The notes beneath the pieces were generated by a model that did not search any database, was not told the DNA's origin, and was given only the letters and a program-made list of their open reading frames with translations. The position numbers and the translations under genes are program-made. From the IMG/VR virus record IMGVR_UViG_3300044614_001923: a stretch of DNA of 64,000 nucleotides, one strand, 5' to 3'. Origin of the DNA: a virus (lineage: Duplodnaviria; Caudoviricetes). Of this stretch, positions 25,947 to 34,299 are shown piece by piece; position 1 is the stretch's first letter, and each line of letters begins with the position of its first letter.

Positions 25947-26583
25947 TTAGAAAATCTTCAACTCTGTTTGACCAGAGTTCTGGGATTTCTTCTTTAAACT
26001 TACTAATTCTAAAATAATGCCATGCTCCTGGATACCAAGTCCCAGTTCCATACATTCCGTATCCTGATAGTTTATAACCTTCTCCCTCATCCCATCCGTA
26101 AGGATACATGAGTTGATAGTTCATTCCTATTTGATTTGCTCTCAAAGTTAGTATTTGTGCGGTATCAATTTGATTTTCATTCTGAATAAACCAAGAAAGA
26201 CTTGGCGATCCTAGTGATTGCCACGCAGTTTTATTCACAAATAAACATGAAGCCGCAGCATAAATGTGATTTCTCATATTAGTGTGAGAAATATTTTGAG
26301 CATGACCAACAAAAGATTTATTGATTTTTGCCCAGTTATATGCTTTTTCTAAGACTTCCTTTTTATATGGAAGGCAATCAATATCTAAAAAACAGGCAGT
26401 ATCTTTTTCTTCTTCTAAAATAGAAGTCATGAAGTTGCCATGTGCAGTATAAACTGCATTGTAATCATCATAAAACTTTTCTTTGTGATAGACTACTTCT
26501 AAGTCAAGTTTATCACAACATTTTTTATGATCTTCTAAGATTTGATTTGGAATATTTTCTGTACAAAATGTATGAAATCTCAA
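25897..26583 (-). CDS. putative glycosyltransferase/nucleotide-diphospho-sugar transferase-like protein
   Basis: ACFLDIDCLP DxD motif. Confidence 0.55.
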   Translation of the reverse strand: MRFHTFCTENIPNQILEDHKKCCDKLDLEVVYHKEKFYDDYNAVYTAHGNFMTSILEEEKDTACFLDIDCLPYKKEVLEKAYNWAKINKSFVGHAQNISHTNMRNHIYAAASCLFVNKTAWQSLGSPSLSWFIQNENQIDTAQILTLRANQIGMNYQLMYPYGWDEGEGYKLSGYGMYGTGTWYPGAWHYFRISKFKEEIPELWSNRVEDFLNDHSTSPNYLSSFYGL

Positions 26584-27932
26584 GTTAACCCTCTATTCAT
26601 TAAAAATTCACTCAACTTATTTATTGGACCTTTCCAATCTCTAGGTTTTACTTGCTTAAATATATGAACATTGTCTCCATACCAAGCAGACTTTCCTGAT
26701 TCATGTATCCAAACATAATATTCCATAATAGGAACAAATACACAAACTTCTTTTCCTAAAGATGCTGCAACATGAGCAGTAAAACTACATGATGTGATTA
26801 TAAGATCTAGGTTATTGATGATTGAGAAAGTATCCGCATATTCTCTATCGGGAATAGATAAAGATTGTTTTATTTCTGGATATTTGTCTGCGTCTTTATT
26901 GTCAGCATGTGTTTGTAATGAATAGAGTGAAATGTTTTTGTTCTTAAGAACACTCATATAATCATCAAGACTTACGCTTCTAAACTGATTCTGTTCATAT
27001 CCAGAACTTGATGCCCAAAATAATCCTACTTTAAAACCTTCGTCTTTATGCATCCATTTCCACTTCTCATCAATTTCTGCAATTGGTTTCAGATAAGGAT
27101 GCTTTCCAAGTTCTTCAACATTCAAGTCTAGATGATAAGGCAGTGCTAGACCATAAACCCAACAAGAATCTTTAGGAAATTGTGGTTTATCCCAACAACA
27201 GACTGCATCATATCCATTGTAATTGAATAATTCTACAAGTTCCCTTCGGGTAGAATTCCAAATTGGTTTCATTCCCAATTCTTTAAGATGTTTCATGAAG
27301 CGAATATGAATCACTTCATCACCAGCTCCGCATTGGTTATCAATAATAATAGTTCTTCCTGGAGTAACAGTTCCGTCCCACTTTTCATATTCGGGTAGTT
27401 TTTGATTCTTATATGCTTCAATTTCACCAGCTCTTAAAAAATGCTTTAATGCAGTTTTTATATCATTCTTTCTAAAGTAATGTCCAGATAGATTGTGATA
27501 TGCTTTTCTTTCAATCTCTTCTGGCAGTTTCTTTTGAAGAAGATTGAATAATAGTTTTTCAGATTTATCTTTCTGTCCTAATGCCGAGTATGCAAAAGTT
27601 TCTTCCAATAATAATTCTGAATCCTGTGGATTTATTTTCTTACAAAACTCTATTTGAGTAAGTGCTTTTTCTGGATAATTTGACTGATTATACGCATTAA
27701 TTAAATTTTTTGAAAGGATATATCTTTCTTGTTTTGTCTTTGCTTGTTGAAGTGCCTTTTCCCCATATTCAATTGCTTTGGGAAAGTTTTTGACTTCAAA
27801 AAATATCTTTGCAACATCATCATATTGTTGGACTGTTTGCGCTCTTTTCCCAAAGGCATCCAACAATTGATAAGTTAGTTCTTTTTCACTAAACGAATGT
27901 AATGTTTTTGCTACCAACTCAAGTGGATTCAT
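26580..27932 (-). CDS. TPR-repeat + GT9-like (GT-B) glycosyltransferase
   Basis: N-terminal TPR-like helices; WDG, QCGAGDEVIHIRF, KVGLFWA, YSLQ, DLIITSCS..AHVAASLGK. Confidence 0.85.
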   Translation of the reverse strand: MNPLELVAKTLHSFSEKELTYQLLDAFGKRAQTVQQYDDVAKIFFEVKNFPKAIEYGEKALQQAKTKQERYILSKNLINAYNQSNYPEKALTQIEFCKKINPQDSELLLEETFAYSALGQKDKSEKLLFNLLQKKLPEEIERKAYHNLSGHYFRKNDIKTALKHFLRAGEIEAYKNQKLPEYEKWDGTVTPGRTIIIDNQCGAGDEVIHIRFMKHLKELGMKPIWNSTRRELVELFNYNGYDAVCCWDKPQFPKDSCWVYGLALPYHLDLNVEELGKHPYLKPIAEIDEKWKWMHKDEGFKVGLFWASSSGYEQNQFRSVSLDDYMSVLKNKNISLYSLQTHADNKDADKYPEIKQSLSIPDREYADTFSIINNLDLIITSCSFTAHVAASLGKEVCVFVPIMEYYVWIHESGKSAWYGDNVHIFKQVKPRDWKGPINKLSEFLMNRGLT

Positions 27933-27952
27933 AGATATAAATCAGTTTTATC

Positions 27953-27960
27953 TATTTATT
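27953..27960 (-). promoter_or_regulatory. late promoter AATAAATA
   Basis: NATAAATA 21 nt upstream of the GT9 start, at the head of a gap-free run to 18782. Confidence 0.65.
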
Positions 27961-27981
27961 TAATCCTCGTAGGATCTGATT
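27960..27981 (+). repeat. 22-bp direct repeat (1 mismatch), copy 1; copy 2 at 29169-29190
   Basis: ttaatcctcgtaggatc(t/c)gatt at the 3' ends of two unrelated genes, both ending SYED*. Confidence 0.9.
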
Positions 27982-29165
27982 GCAAAAACAGTTGCATTGT
28001 CATTAAAACTCACAGATTTCCAATTATTTCCACCTATGAATGTTGTGACTGGCGTTAATCTTAAAGTTGTATTATTAATTCCAAGTTGTCCAAAATTATT
28101 AAATCCCCAAATCCATAACGTCCCATCTGTTTTAATCGCTGCAGTGCTATTCCCTCCGCAAGAAATCTGTTTCCAATTGTTTCCTCCAGCAAATGTTGTG
28201 ACTGGAGTTAATGCGTTAGATACAGTATTAGTACCAAGTTGACCACTACCATTCAATCCCCAACCCCATAAAGTTCCATCAGTTTTAATTGCTGTGGTAT
28301 GGTAATACCCACAGCTAACCTGTCTCCAATTATTTCCCCCACCAAATGTTGTTATTGGAGTTGAACGGTTGGGTTGAGGGGAAGGTTGTCCAAGTTGTCC
28401 AATAGCATTACTACCCCATAACCATAAAGTTCCATCAGTTTTAACCGCTGCAGTATGAAGAGATCCGCAAGAAACTTGTTTCCAATCATTACCTCCAGCA
28501 AATGTAGTTACTGGTGTAGATCTATTTGCTGCAGTATTATTTGCTAATTGTCCATTAGTATTTTGACCCCATAACCATAAAGATCCATCAGTTTTTACTG
28601 CTGCAGTATGATTAAATCCACAACTCACTTGTTTCCAATTATTACCCCCCGCAAATGTAGTAACTGGTGTAGAAACAACAATATTGGAATTTATTCCAAG
28701 TTTTCCATAAGAGTTGTTTCCCCATGACCATAGAGATCCATCCGTTTTAATTGCTGCATTATGAAAAGGACCGCAACTTATTTGTTTCCAATTTGTTCCT
28801 CCAGAAAATGTAGTGATTGGAGTTCTAGAATTGCCTATATTATTTGTTCCAAGACTAAGATAAAGAGAATTATTTCCACCCCAAATCCATAAAGTACCAT
28901 CATTTTTTATTGCAGTTGTATGGTGTCTTCCGCAAGCAACTTGTTTCCAGTTGGCACCACCTGCAAATGTTGTGATTGGAGTAGATTTGGATTCTATATC
29001 ATTTGTCCCTAATTGCCCATCAACACCAAATCCCCATCCCCATAACTCTGGGGTAATATATCGATTCGCAATGTTTAAATAAACACTATTAAAGTATTCT
29101 TTCTCTAGGAGTTTAGATCCTACATCAACTCCATCTGATCCTATGAAATTAGTTGTTGAGATCAT
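27960..29165 (-). CDS. RCC1/BLIP-II-like repeat beta-propeller protein (paralogue 3)
   Basis: seven ~52-aa repeats TPVTTFAGGNNWKQVSCG..HTAAIKTDGTLW.WG.N..GQLG. Confidence 0.92.
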   Translation of the reverse strand: MISTTNFIGSDGVDVGSKLLEKEYFNSVYLNIANRYITPELWGWGFGVDGQLGTNDIESKSTPITTFAGGANWKQVACGRHHTTAIKNDGTLWIWGGNNSLYLSLGTNNIGNSRTPITTFSGGTNWKQISCGPFHNAAIKTDGSLWSWGNNSYGKLGINSNIVVSTPVTTFAGGNNWKQVSCGFNHTAAVKTDGSLWLWGQNTNGQLANNTAANRSTPVTTFAGGNDWKQVSCGSLHTAAVKTDGTLWLWGSNAIGQLGQPSPQPNRSTPITTFGGGNNWRQVSCGYYHTTAIKTDGTLWGWGLNGSGQLGTNTVSNALTPVTTFAGGNNWKQISCGGNSTAAIKTDGTLWIWGFNNFGQLGINNTTLRLTPVTTFIGGNNWKSVSFNDNATVFAIRSYED

Positions 29166-29168
29166 TTC

Positions 29169-29822
29169 TTAATCCTCGTAGGATCCGATTACTACTGGAG
29201 GTCTAATGACAACTTCATAAACCTCATCTATTGTTTGACATGCATCAATCTCTTGGTTTTTTGCAAGTTCCCAATCAAATGCTTCTTGTACTTTTAGATC
29301 AATTTGCTGTAAAATATATTCAATATCAGTTTTTGTAATCTCCACCCAAGTCTGATTATCAAATTTAAAATTGTAAGGACCAACACCACTCATTGCTTTT
29401 GATGCTAATGAGAGACGATTATCTCTGCTGGTTGATATCTTTACTTCCGTTCCGTTTATAGTTAGATTAATCTCAGTATTTTCTTTCTCTTTTCTGACTG
29501 GAGCAATTTCTACTTTTCTTTCCGCTTTTACTTGATCAATAGACTTATCTCTTGTACCATAAAGAAATACCACTTCATTTTGGAAAATTCCTACTGATGG
29601 TCCCGTATGCTCATGATATTTGGCATTATAAAACGGAGAGTACTCATTTTTTGCTGGAACAATTCTTACAGTGTCCGTAATATTAAAAGGAACTCTTGCC
29701 TCGTCAATTGAAGATACACGCTGATCCAATTCTAGATCATCTTCTAAAACAGAATTAATCATTCTGTAATTAAATGGAATTGGTCCTAACAAGACCATTG
29801 AACCGTCTACTAGAGCGTACAT
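29169..29822 (-). CDS. DUF4376-like tail-associated protein
   Basis: C-terminal R..KE...I..NG....T....R......NFKF...WV.......I....QEAFDWE...EI. Confidence 0.7.
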   Translation of the reverse strand: MYALVDGSMVLLGPIPFNYRMINSVLEDDLELDQRVSSIDEARVPFNITDTVRIVPAKNEYSPFYNAKYHEHTGPSVGIFQNEVVFLYGTRDKSIDQVKAERKVEIAPVRKEKENTEINLTINGTEVKISTSRDNRLSLASKAMSGVGPYNFKFDNQTWVEITKTDIEYILQQIDLKVQEAFDWELAKNQEIDACQTIDEVYEVVIRPPVVIGSYED

Positions 29823-29839
29823 ATACTTTTTTTAATTAT

Positions 29840-31036
29840 TTAGTATTCTGGTCCTGATGTTACTACCATAGTATGTCCTTGTCCAGTAGATACTTGTTTC
29901 CAATTATTTCCGCCAGCAAATGTTGTAACTGGAGTTGAACGGTTTACAGTATTACCATTTCCCAATTGTCCAGTATTATTTTGACCCCATAACCATAATG
30001 TTCCGTCAGTTTTGATTGCTGCAGAAAAATTAGTTCCACAACTTACTTGTTTCCAGTTATTTCCTCCAGAAAATGTTGTTACAGGGGTTAAAATACCTCC
30101 AGGATTATTGTCATTAATGCCCAGCATTCCACTAAAATTACTTCCCCAAGCCCATAAAGTTCCATCTGTTTTTATTGCTGCCATATGCAAAATGCCACAT
30201 GAAACTTGTTTCCAGTTGGTATTTCCAGCAAAAGTTGTTACTGGCGTAGATCTATTATTAAATTGATTATTTCCAAGTATTCCAGCAGTTCCATTTCCCC
30301 ATGCCCATAAAGTGCCGTCTGTTTTAATTGCTGCTGTAAATTCAGATCCACATGCAACTTGTTTCCAATTAGTTCCTGCAGCTGATGTTTCTACTGGAGA
30401 AAATCTATCCGTTGTATCATTGACTCCTAGTTGAGCATAAGAATTACGTCCCCACCCCCATAAAGTTCCATCAGTTTTAACTGCTGCAGTATGATTAAAT
30501 CCTCCACTAATTTGTTTCCAATTATTACCTCCAGTAAATGTTGTAACTGGAGTTGAACGATCTACAGAATTGTTAGTTCCCAACTGACCAAATTGATTTC
30601 TCCCCCAAGTCCATAGGGTCCCATCAGTTTTGATTGCTGTAGTAAAAAGTCTTCCACAAGAAACTTGTTTCCAGTTAGTTCCTCCAGCAAATGTTGTGAC
30701 TGGCGTGGATCTATTGGCAGTTCCTGCACCTGTTCCTAAATTATTTCCCAATTGTCCATAAGAATTTAATCCCCAAGTCCATAAAGTTCCATCAGTTTTG
30801 ATTGCTGCACTGTGACTTTCTCCACAAGAAATCTGTTTCCAATTATTTCCACCAGGAAGCGTTGTGATTGGTGTTGATCTGCTGGATGAAATTAAATTTT
30901 GCCCAAGCTGTCCAGAAGTATTGTCTCCCCAAACCCAAAGTTGATCACCAATCCATTGGTCTACTAACCAGGATTCGGTAATGTAAGTTTGGTTTTCTAA
31001 GTCTCCTTCTGGAGTTCTAAAGTTGTTTATTGGCAT
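29840..31036 (-). CDS. RCC1/BLIP-II-like repeat beta-propeller protein (paralogue 2)
   Basis: seven repeats; N-terminus nearly identical to paralogue 1. Confidence 0.92.
   Translation of the reverse strand: MPINNFRTPEGDLENQTYITESWLVDQWIGDQLWVWGDNTSGQLGQNLISSSRSTPITTLPGGNNWKQISCGESHSAAIKTDGTLWTWGLNSYGQLGNNLGTGAGTANRSTPVTTFAGGTNWKQVSCGRLFTTAIKTDGTLWTWGRNQFGQLGTNNSVDRSTPVTTFTGGNNWKQISGGFNHTAAVKTDGTLWGWGRNSYAQLGVNDTTDRFSPVETSAAGTNWKQVACGSEFTAAIKTDGTLWAWGNGTAGILGNNQFNNRSTPVTTFAGNTNWKQVSCGILHMAAIKTDGTLWAWGSNFSGMLGINDNNPGGILTPVTTFSGGNNWKQVSCGTNFSAAIKTDGTLWLWGQNNTGQLGNGNTVNRSTPVTTFAGGNNWKQVSTGQGHTMVVTSGPEY
30935..31027 (+). repeat. 93-bp identical direct repeat, copy 1; copy 2 at 32160-32252
   Basis: base-by-base comparison of the 5' ends of RCC1 paralogues 1 and 2. 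Confidence 0.92.
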
Positions 31037-31037
31037 T

Positions 31038-32261
31038 TTAGTAATCTGGTCCTGATGTTACTGCCATAGCAAATTCATATCCACATGCAACTTGTCTCCA
31101 ATTATTTCCTCCAGCAAATGTAGTGACTGGAGTGGGTCTATATGAAGTTGGATTGATAGTGCCTAATTGTGAATAATAATCTCCACCCCAAGACCACAAA
31201 GTTCCATCGGTTTTTATTGCAGACTTAAAAGAATATCCACATGCAACTTGCTTCCAATTATTTCCTCCAGCAAATGTTGTGACTGGAGTAGATCTACCTA
31301 TTATTGTATTGTCACCTATAGATCCAGCTCGATTTACAGTATTATCTCCCCAAGTCCATAGGGTTCCATTAGTTTTAATTGCTGCAGTTTGGTCTCTACT
31401 TACAGCAACTTGTTTCCAATCATTAGTATTTCCAAATACTTGTACTGGTATAGATCTATAAAGATTGTCATTTGTTCCCAATTCTCCTGAAATATTTGTT
31501 CCCCAAGTCCATAAAGTTCCATCAGTTTTGATTGCTGCTACATGATATGCTCCAGTATTTCCAGCAACTTGTTTCCAATTAGTTCCTCCAGCAAATGTAG
31601 TTATTGGAGTAAGTCTTTGAGTTACTGTATTGTCTCCAAGTTGCCCAAAATCTCCAGAACCCCAAGTCCATAAAGTTCCATCAGTTTTGATTGCTGCTGT
31701 ATGATCTGAAGAACATACAACTTGTTTCCAATTATTTCCTCCAGCAAATGTTGTTACTGGAGTAGAACGAGCTGAATTTGGAGCCGCTGGAAATAAATTA
31801 ATTCCCAGTTGTCCAACACTATTACTTCCCCACATCCATAATGTTCCGTCAGTTTTGATTGCTGCAGTATGATAATTGCCACAAGAAACTTGTTTCCAGT
31901 TGGTTCCTCCAGCAAATGTTGTTACTGGAGTAGAACGTGCTGCATTTGGGTTTACTCCACTTAAGTTAATTCCAAGTTGCCCATTACTATTATCTCCCCA
32001 CAACCATAAAGTTCCATCAGTTTTAATTGCAGCAGAATGCCCCAATCCACCATCAACTTGTTTCCAATTAGTTCCTCCAGCGAGAGTAGTAACTGGAGTT
32101 GATTTTGTTACGACAATATTATTAATTCCAAGTTGTCCATATAAATTATATCCCCAAGTCCAAAGTTGATCACCAATCCATTGGTCTACTAACCAGGATT
32201 CGGTAATGTAAGTTTGGTTTTCTAAGTCTCCTTCTGGAGTTCTAAAGTTGTTCGTGGGCAT
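31038..32261 (-). CDS. RCC1/BLIP-II-like repeat beta-propeller protein (paralogue 1)
   Basis: seven repeats; start overlaps the tail-fibre stop by 20 nt. Confidence 0.92.
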   Translation of the reverse strand: MPTNNFRTPEGDLENQTYITESWLVDQWIGDQLWTWGYNLYGQLGINNIVVTKSTPVTTLAGGTNWKQVDGGLGHSAAIKTDGTLWLWGDNSNGQLGINLSGVNPNAARSTPVTTFAGGTNWKQVSCGNYHTAAIKTDGTLWMWGSNSVGQLGINLFPAAPNSARSTPVTTFAGGNNWKQVVCSSDHTAAIKTDGTLWTWGSGDFGQLGDNTVTQRLTPITTFAGGTNWKQVAGNTGAYHVAAIKTDGTLWTWGTNISGELGTNDNLYRSIPVQVFGNTNDWKQVAVSRDQTAAIKTNGTLWTWGDNTVNRAGSIGDNTIIGRSTPVTTFAGGNNWKQVACGYSFKSAIKTDGTLWSWGGDYYSQLGTINPTSYRPTPVTTFAGGNNWRQVACGYEFAMAVTSGPDY

Positions 32262-34257
32262 CTAGACGCGCCTCCAGATCATCAATTCTCTTCTGCTGAT
32301 CTTTAATCGCCTCTATCAGAACACCAATCAGCATATCATAGCAAACTGATTTCATTCCTTCTGGGTCTGTCTTAACTGCTTCTGGTAGAACCTTTTCTAC
32401 ATCTTGTGCAATTACACCAACCGAAGGATCTCCACCATCTTTCCAATTAAATCTTACACCTTTAACTTCATTTAAGATCACAAATGGATCATCAATTCTT
32501 TCAATATTCGCTTTGAGTCTTTCATCGGAGGTTGAAGTAAATGTATTTGCATACATTATACCTGAAGTATCAAGTCTTGCTGTAATAGGTTGCTCAGTTC
32601 CTAATGTTCCAATACCAGTTCTGAATAAAAGTTCTCCTGGATAAGTTGATGACGCTCCACCAACAAAATCAATTTGACCACCTCTTTGTGAAGAGGAAGT
32701 CATTCCTCCAGCAAAGATTGATAATCTTCCTCCATTACTTCCCGAAAAAATTGTCGTTGGTATATCAGTATTATTAGAAGTTACTAAAAGATGCCCAACA
32801 CCACCAGAATTACTTACTCCTCCAATAAAATTAACTCTTGCAACGTTCGCTAAAGTAATTCCCAATCCAACATTAACATATCCACCAAAGTAAGCGTTAC
32901 TATTTCCAAAATCTACTTGTGTAGAACCATTAATAATGGTGGTATTAAATCCTACATTTCCATTAAAGTAAGAATTCCCTTGAACATGAAACTTTTCAAC
33001 TGGATTTGTGGTTCCTATACCCAGATTGCCAGAAACATAAGCACCACCACCAACTTGAAGATATTGATTTGCAGTTCCAGTTCCCTGTGTAGTTCCAATA
33101 CCAACAAATACTGTTGTAGCATTTGTTAAGTTTCTGGTTTGAAGATAAATTGGTCTGGACTGTCCTGTTTTTGCAACATTAATATAACCAGCATCAATAT
33201 TATCATCATATCCCATCCACATAGTTCTTCCAGTATTTCCAGAAGAAAGCGCAAATGCGTGTGCTCCAGATTCACCAGCAGTAGAAGGATTTGTTCCTGA
33301 TTGTGTTACAAAAAGTCTAGATGTTGGATTTGTGGTTCCTATACCAAGATTATTACTTACATAAGCACCACCAGTAACTTGAAGTGTTTGTGATGCGGTT
33401 CCAGTTGAAGTTCCAGAACCAATCAAAATTGGTCCATTTGTAAATGTTGAAATTCCTGCAGATCTTAATAGAGTAACATCTACAGTTCCGTTTACTGCAG
33501 TTGAAACTCCAGATGTAGTTGAATATGTTGTTTGTGTAGCAAATCCAGCAGTTACTGCGTAAGTTGCTGATGTTGCTGATGTTGCTGATGTAGAAAGACC
33601 TGCAACAGTCGCATAACTGGATGTTGTAGAGAATCCAGTTGATGCTGCATAAGAAACACTACCAACTAATGTTGTTGCTGTTAAAATACCAGTAACAATT
33701 GCACCACCAGCAGTTGTTTGAAATTTCTTTACATTATCATGATAAAGTTCTACTGAACCATTTCCATTAAAAATTGCTGAGTTTTCTCCGCTAGGTGTTA
33801 TAATATTAACGCTAGTATTACTGATTAAATATAAATTTGCAGCAGCATTTGTAATATAACTATTATTATTTGCTCCGTTATGGAAAATTTGAAGATCATT
33901 TCCATCACCAAAGTATAAAGTATCATTATCACCAAAATAAGCGTGATTTTGGAAGGTTGAAACGCCAACTACCCTTAAATTTTGTGCAGTGGCAATACCA
34001 GTGACATTTACATTAACTGATGTGATTATTCCAGTAGCATTTAAATTCCGTAATGTATTAGTATTTGAAGAAACAATAGATTGTGCTGTTAAAATACCAG
34101 TAACATTAACATTACCAACAACTTCAACTTTTGCATTTGGAATAGTAGTTCCAATACCAATATTTTGTCCCTCTTGACTTTTAATATTGATATGTTTACT
34201 GGTATCTAATACCTCAATAAGATTTGCTATTTGCGATAACTCTCTATTATTAGTCAT
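32242..34257 (-). CDS. tail fibre with C-terminal peptidase S74-type intramolecular chaperone
   Basis: GIGTT fibre motifs; TSDERLKANI...GVRFNWK...GVIAQDVEKVLPEAV...SVCYD.L...LIEAIK coiled coil. Confidence 0.9.
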   Translation of the reverse strand: MTNNRELSQIANLIEVLDTSKHINIKSQEGQNIGIGTTIPNAKVEVVGNVNVTGILTAQSIVSSNTNTLRNLNATGIITSVNVNVTGIATAQNLRVVGVSTFQNHAYFGDNDTLYFGDGNDLQIFHNGANNNSYITNAAANLYLISNTSVNIITPSGENSAIFNGNGSVELYHDNVKKFQTTAGGAIVTGILTATTLVGSVSYAASTGFSTTSSYATVAGLSTSATSATSATYAVTAGFATQTTYSTTSGVSTAVNGTVDVTLLRSAGISTFTNGPILIGSGTSTGTASQTLQVTGGAYVSNNLGIGTTNPTSRLFVTQSGTNPSTAGESGAHAFALSSGNTGRTMWMGYDDNIDAGYINVAKTGQSRPIYLQTRNLTNATTVFVGIGTTQGTGTANQYLQVGGGAYVSGNLGIGTTNPVEKFHVQGNSYFNGNVGFNTTIINGSTQVDFGNSNAYFGGYVNVGLGITLANVARVNFIGGVSNSGGVGHLLVTSNNTDIPTTIFSGSNGGRLSIFAGGMTSSSQRGGQIDFVGGASSTYPGELLFRTGIGTLGTEQPITARLDTSGIMYANTFTSTSDERLKANIERIDDPFVILNEVKGVRFNWKDGGDPSVGVIAQDVEKVLPEAVKTDPEGMKSVCYDMLIGVLIEAIKDQQKRIDDLEARLDAHEQL

Positions 34258-34281
34258 TCTGCTGAGGGTTTCTTATAGATT

Positions 34282-34289
34282 TATTTATT
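34282..34289 (-). promoter_or_regulatory. late promoter AATAAATA
   Basis: intergenic NATAAATA upstream of 34257. Confidence 0.65.
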
Positions 34290-34299
34290 AGATGGTAAA

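Noticed and set aside
22867-32261. Diversity-generating retroelement acting on the RCC1 repeats
   Set aside because: There is no reverse transcriptase in the window, and no non-coding template repeat. All repeat copies are in-frame coding, and differences include indels and non-adenine changes. An RT elsewhere in the genome cannot be excluded.
27960-32261. CRISPR array (regularly spaced ~30-45 bp near-identical repeats)
   Set aside because: The repeats have a ~156-bp period, encode protein blades in frame and vary at synonymous sites; no cas genes are present.
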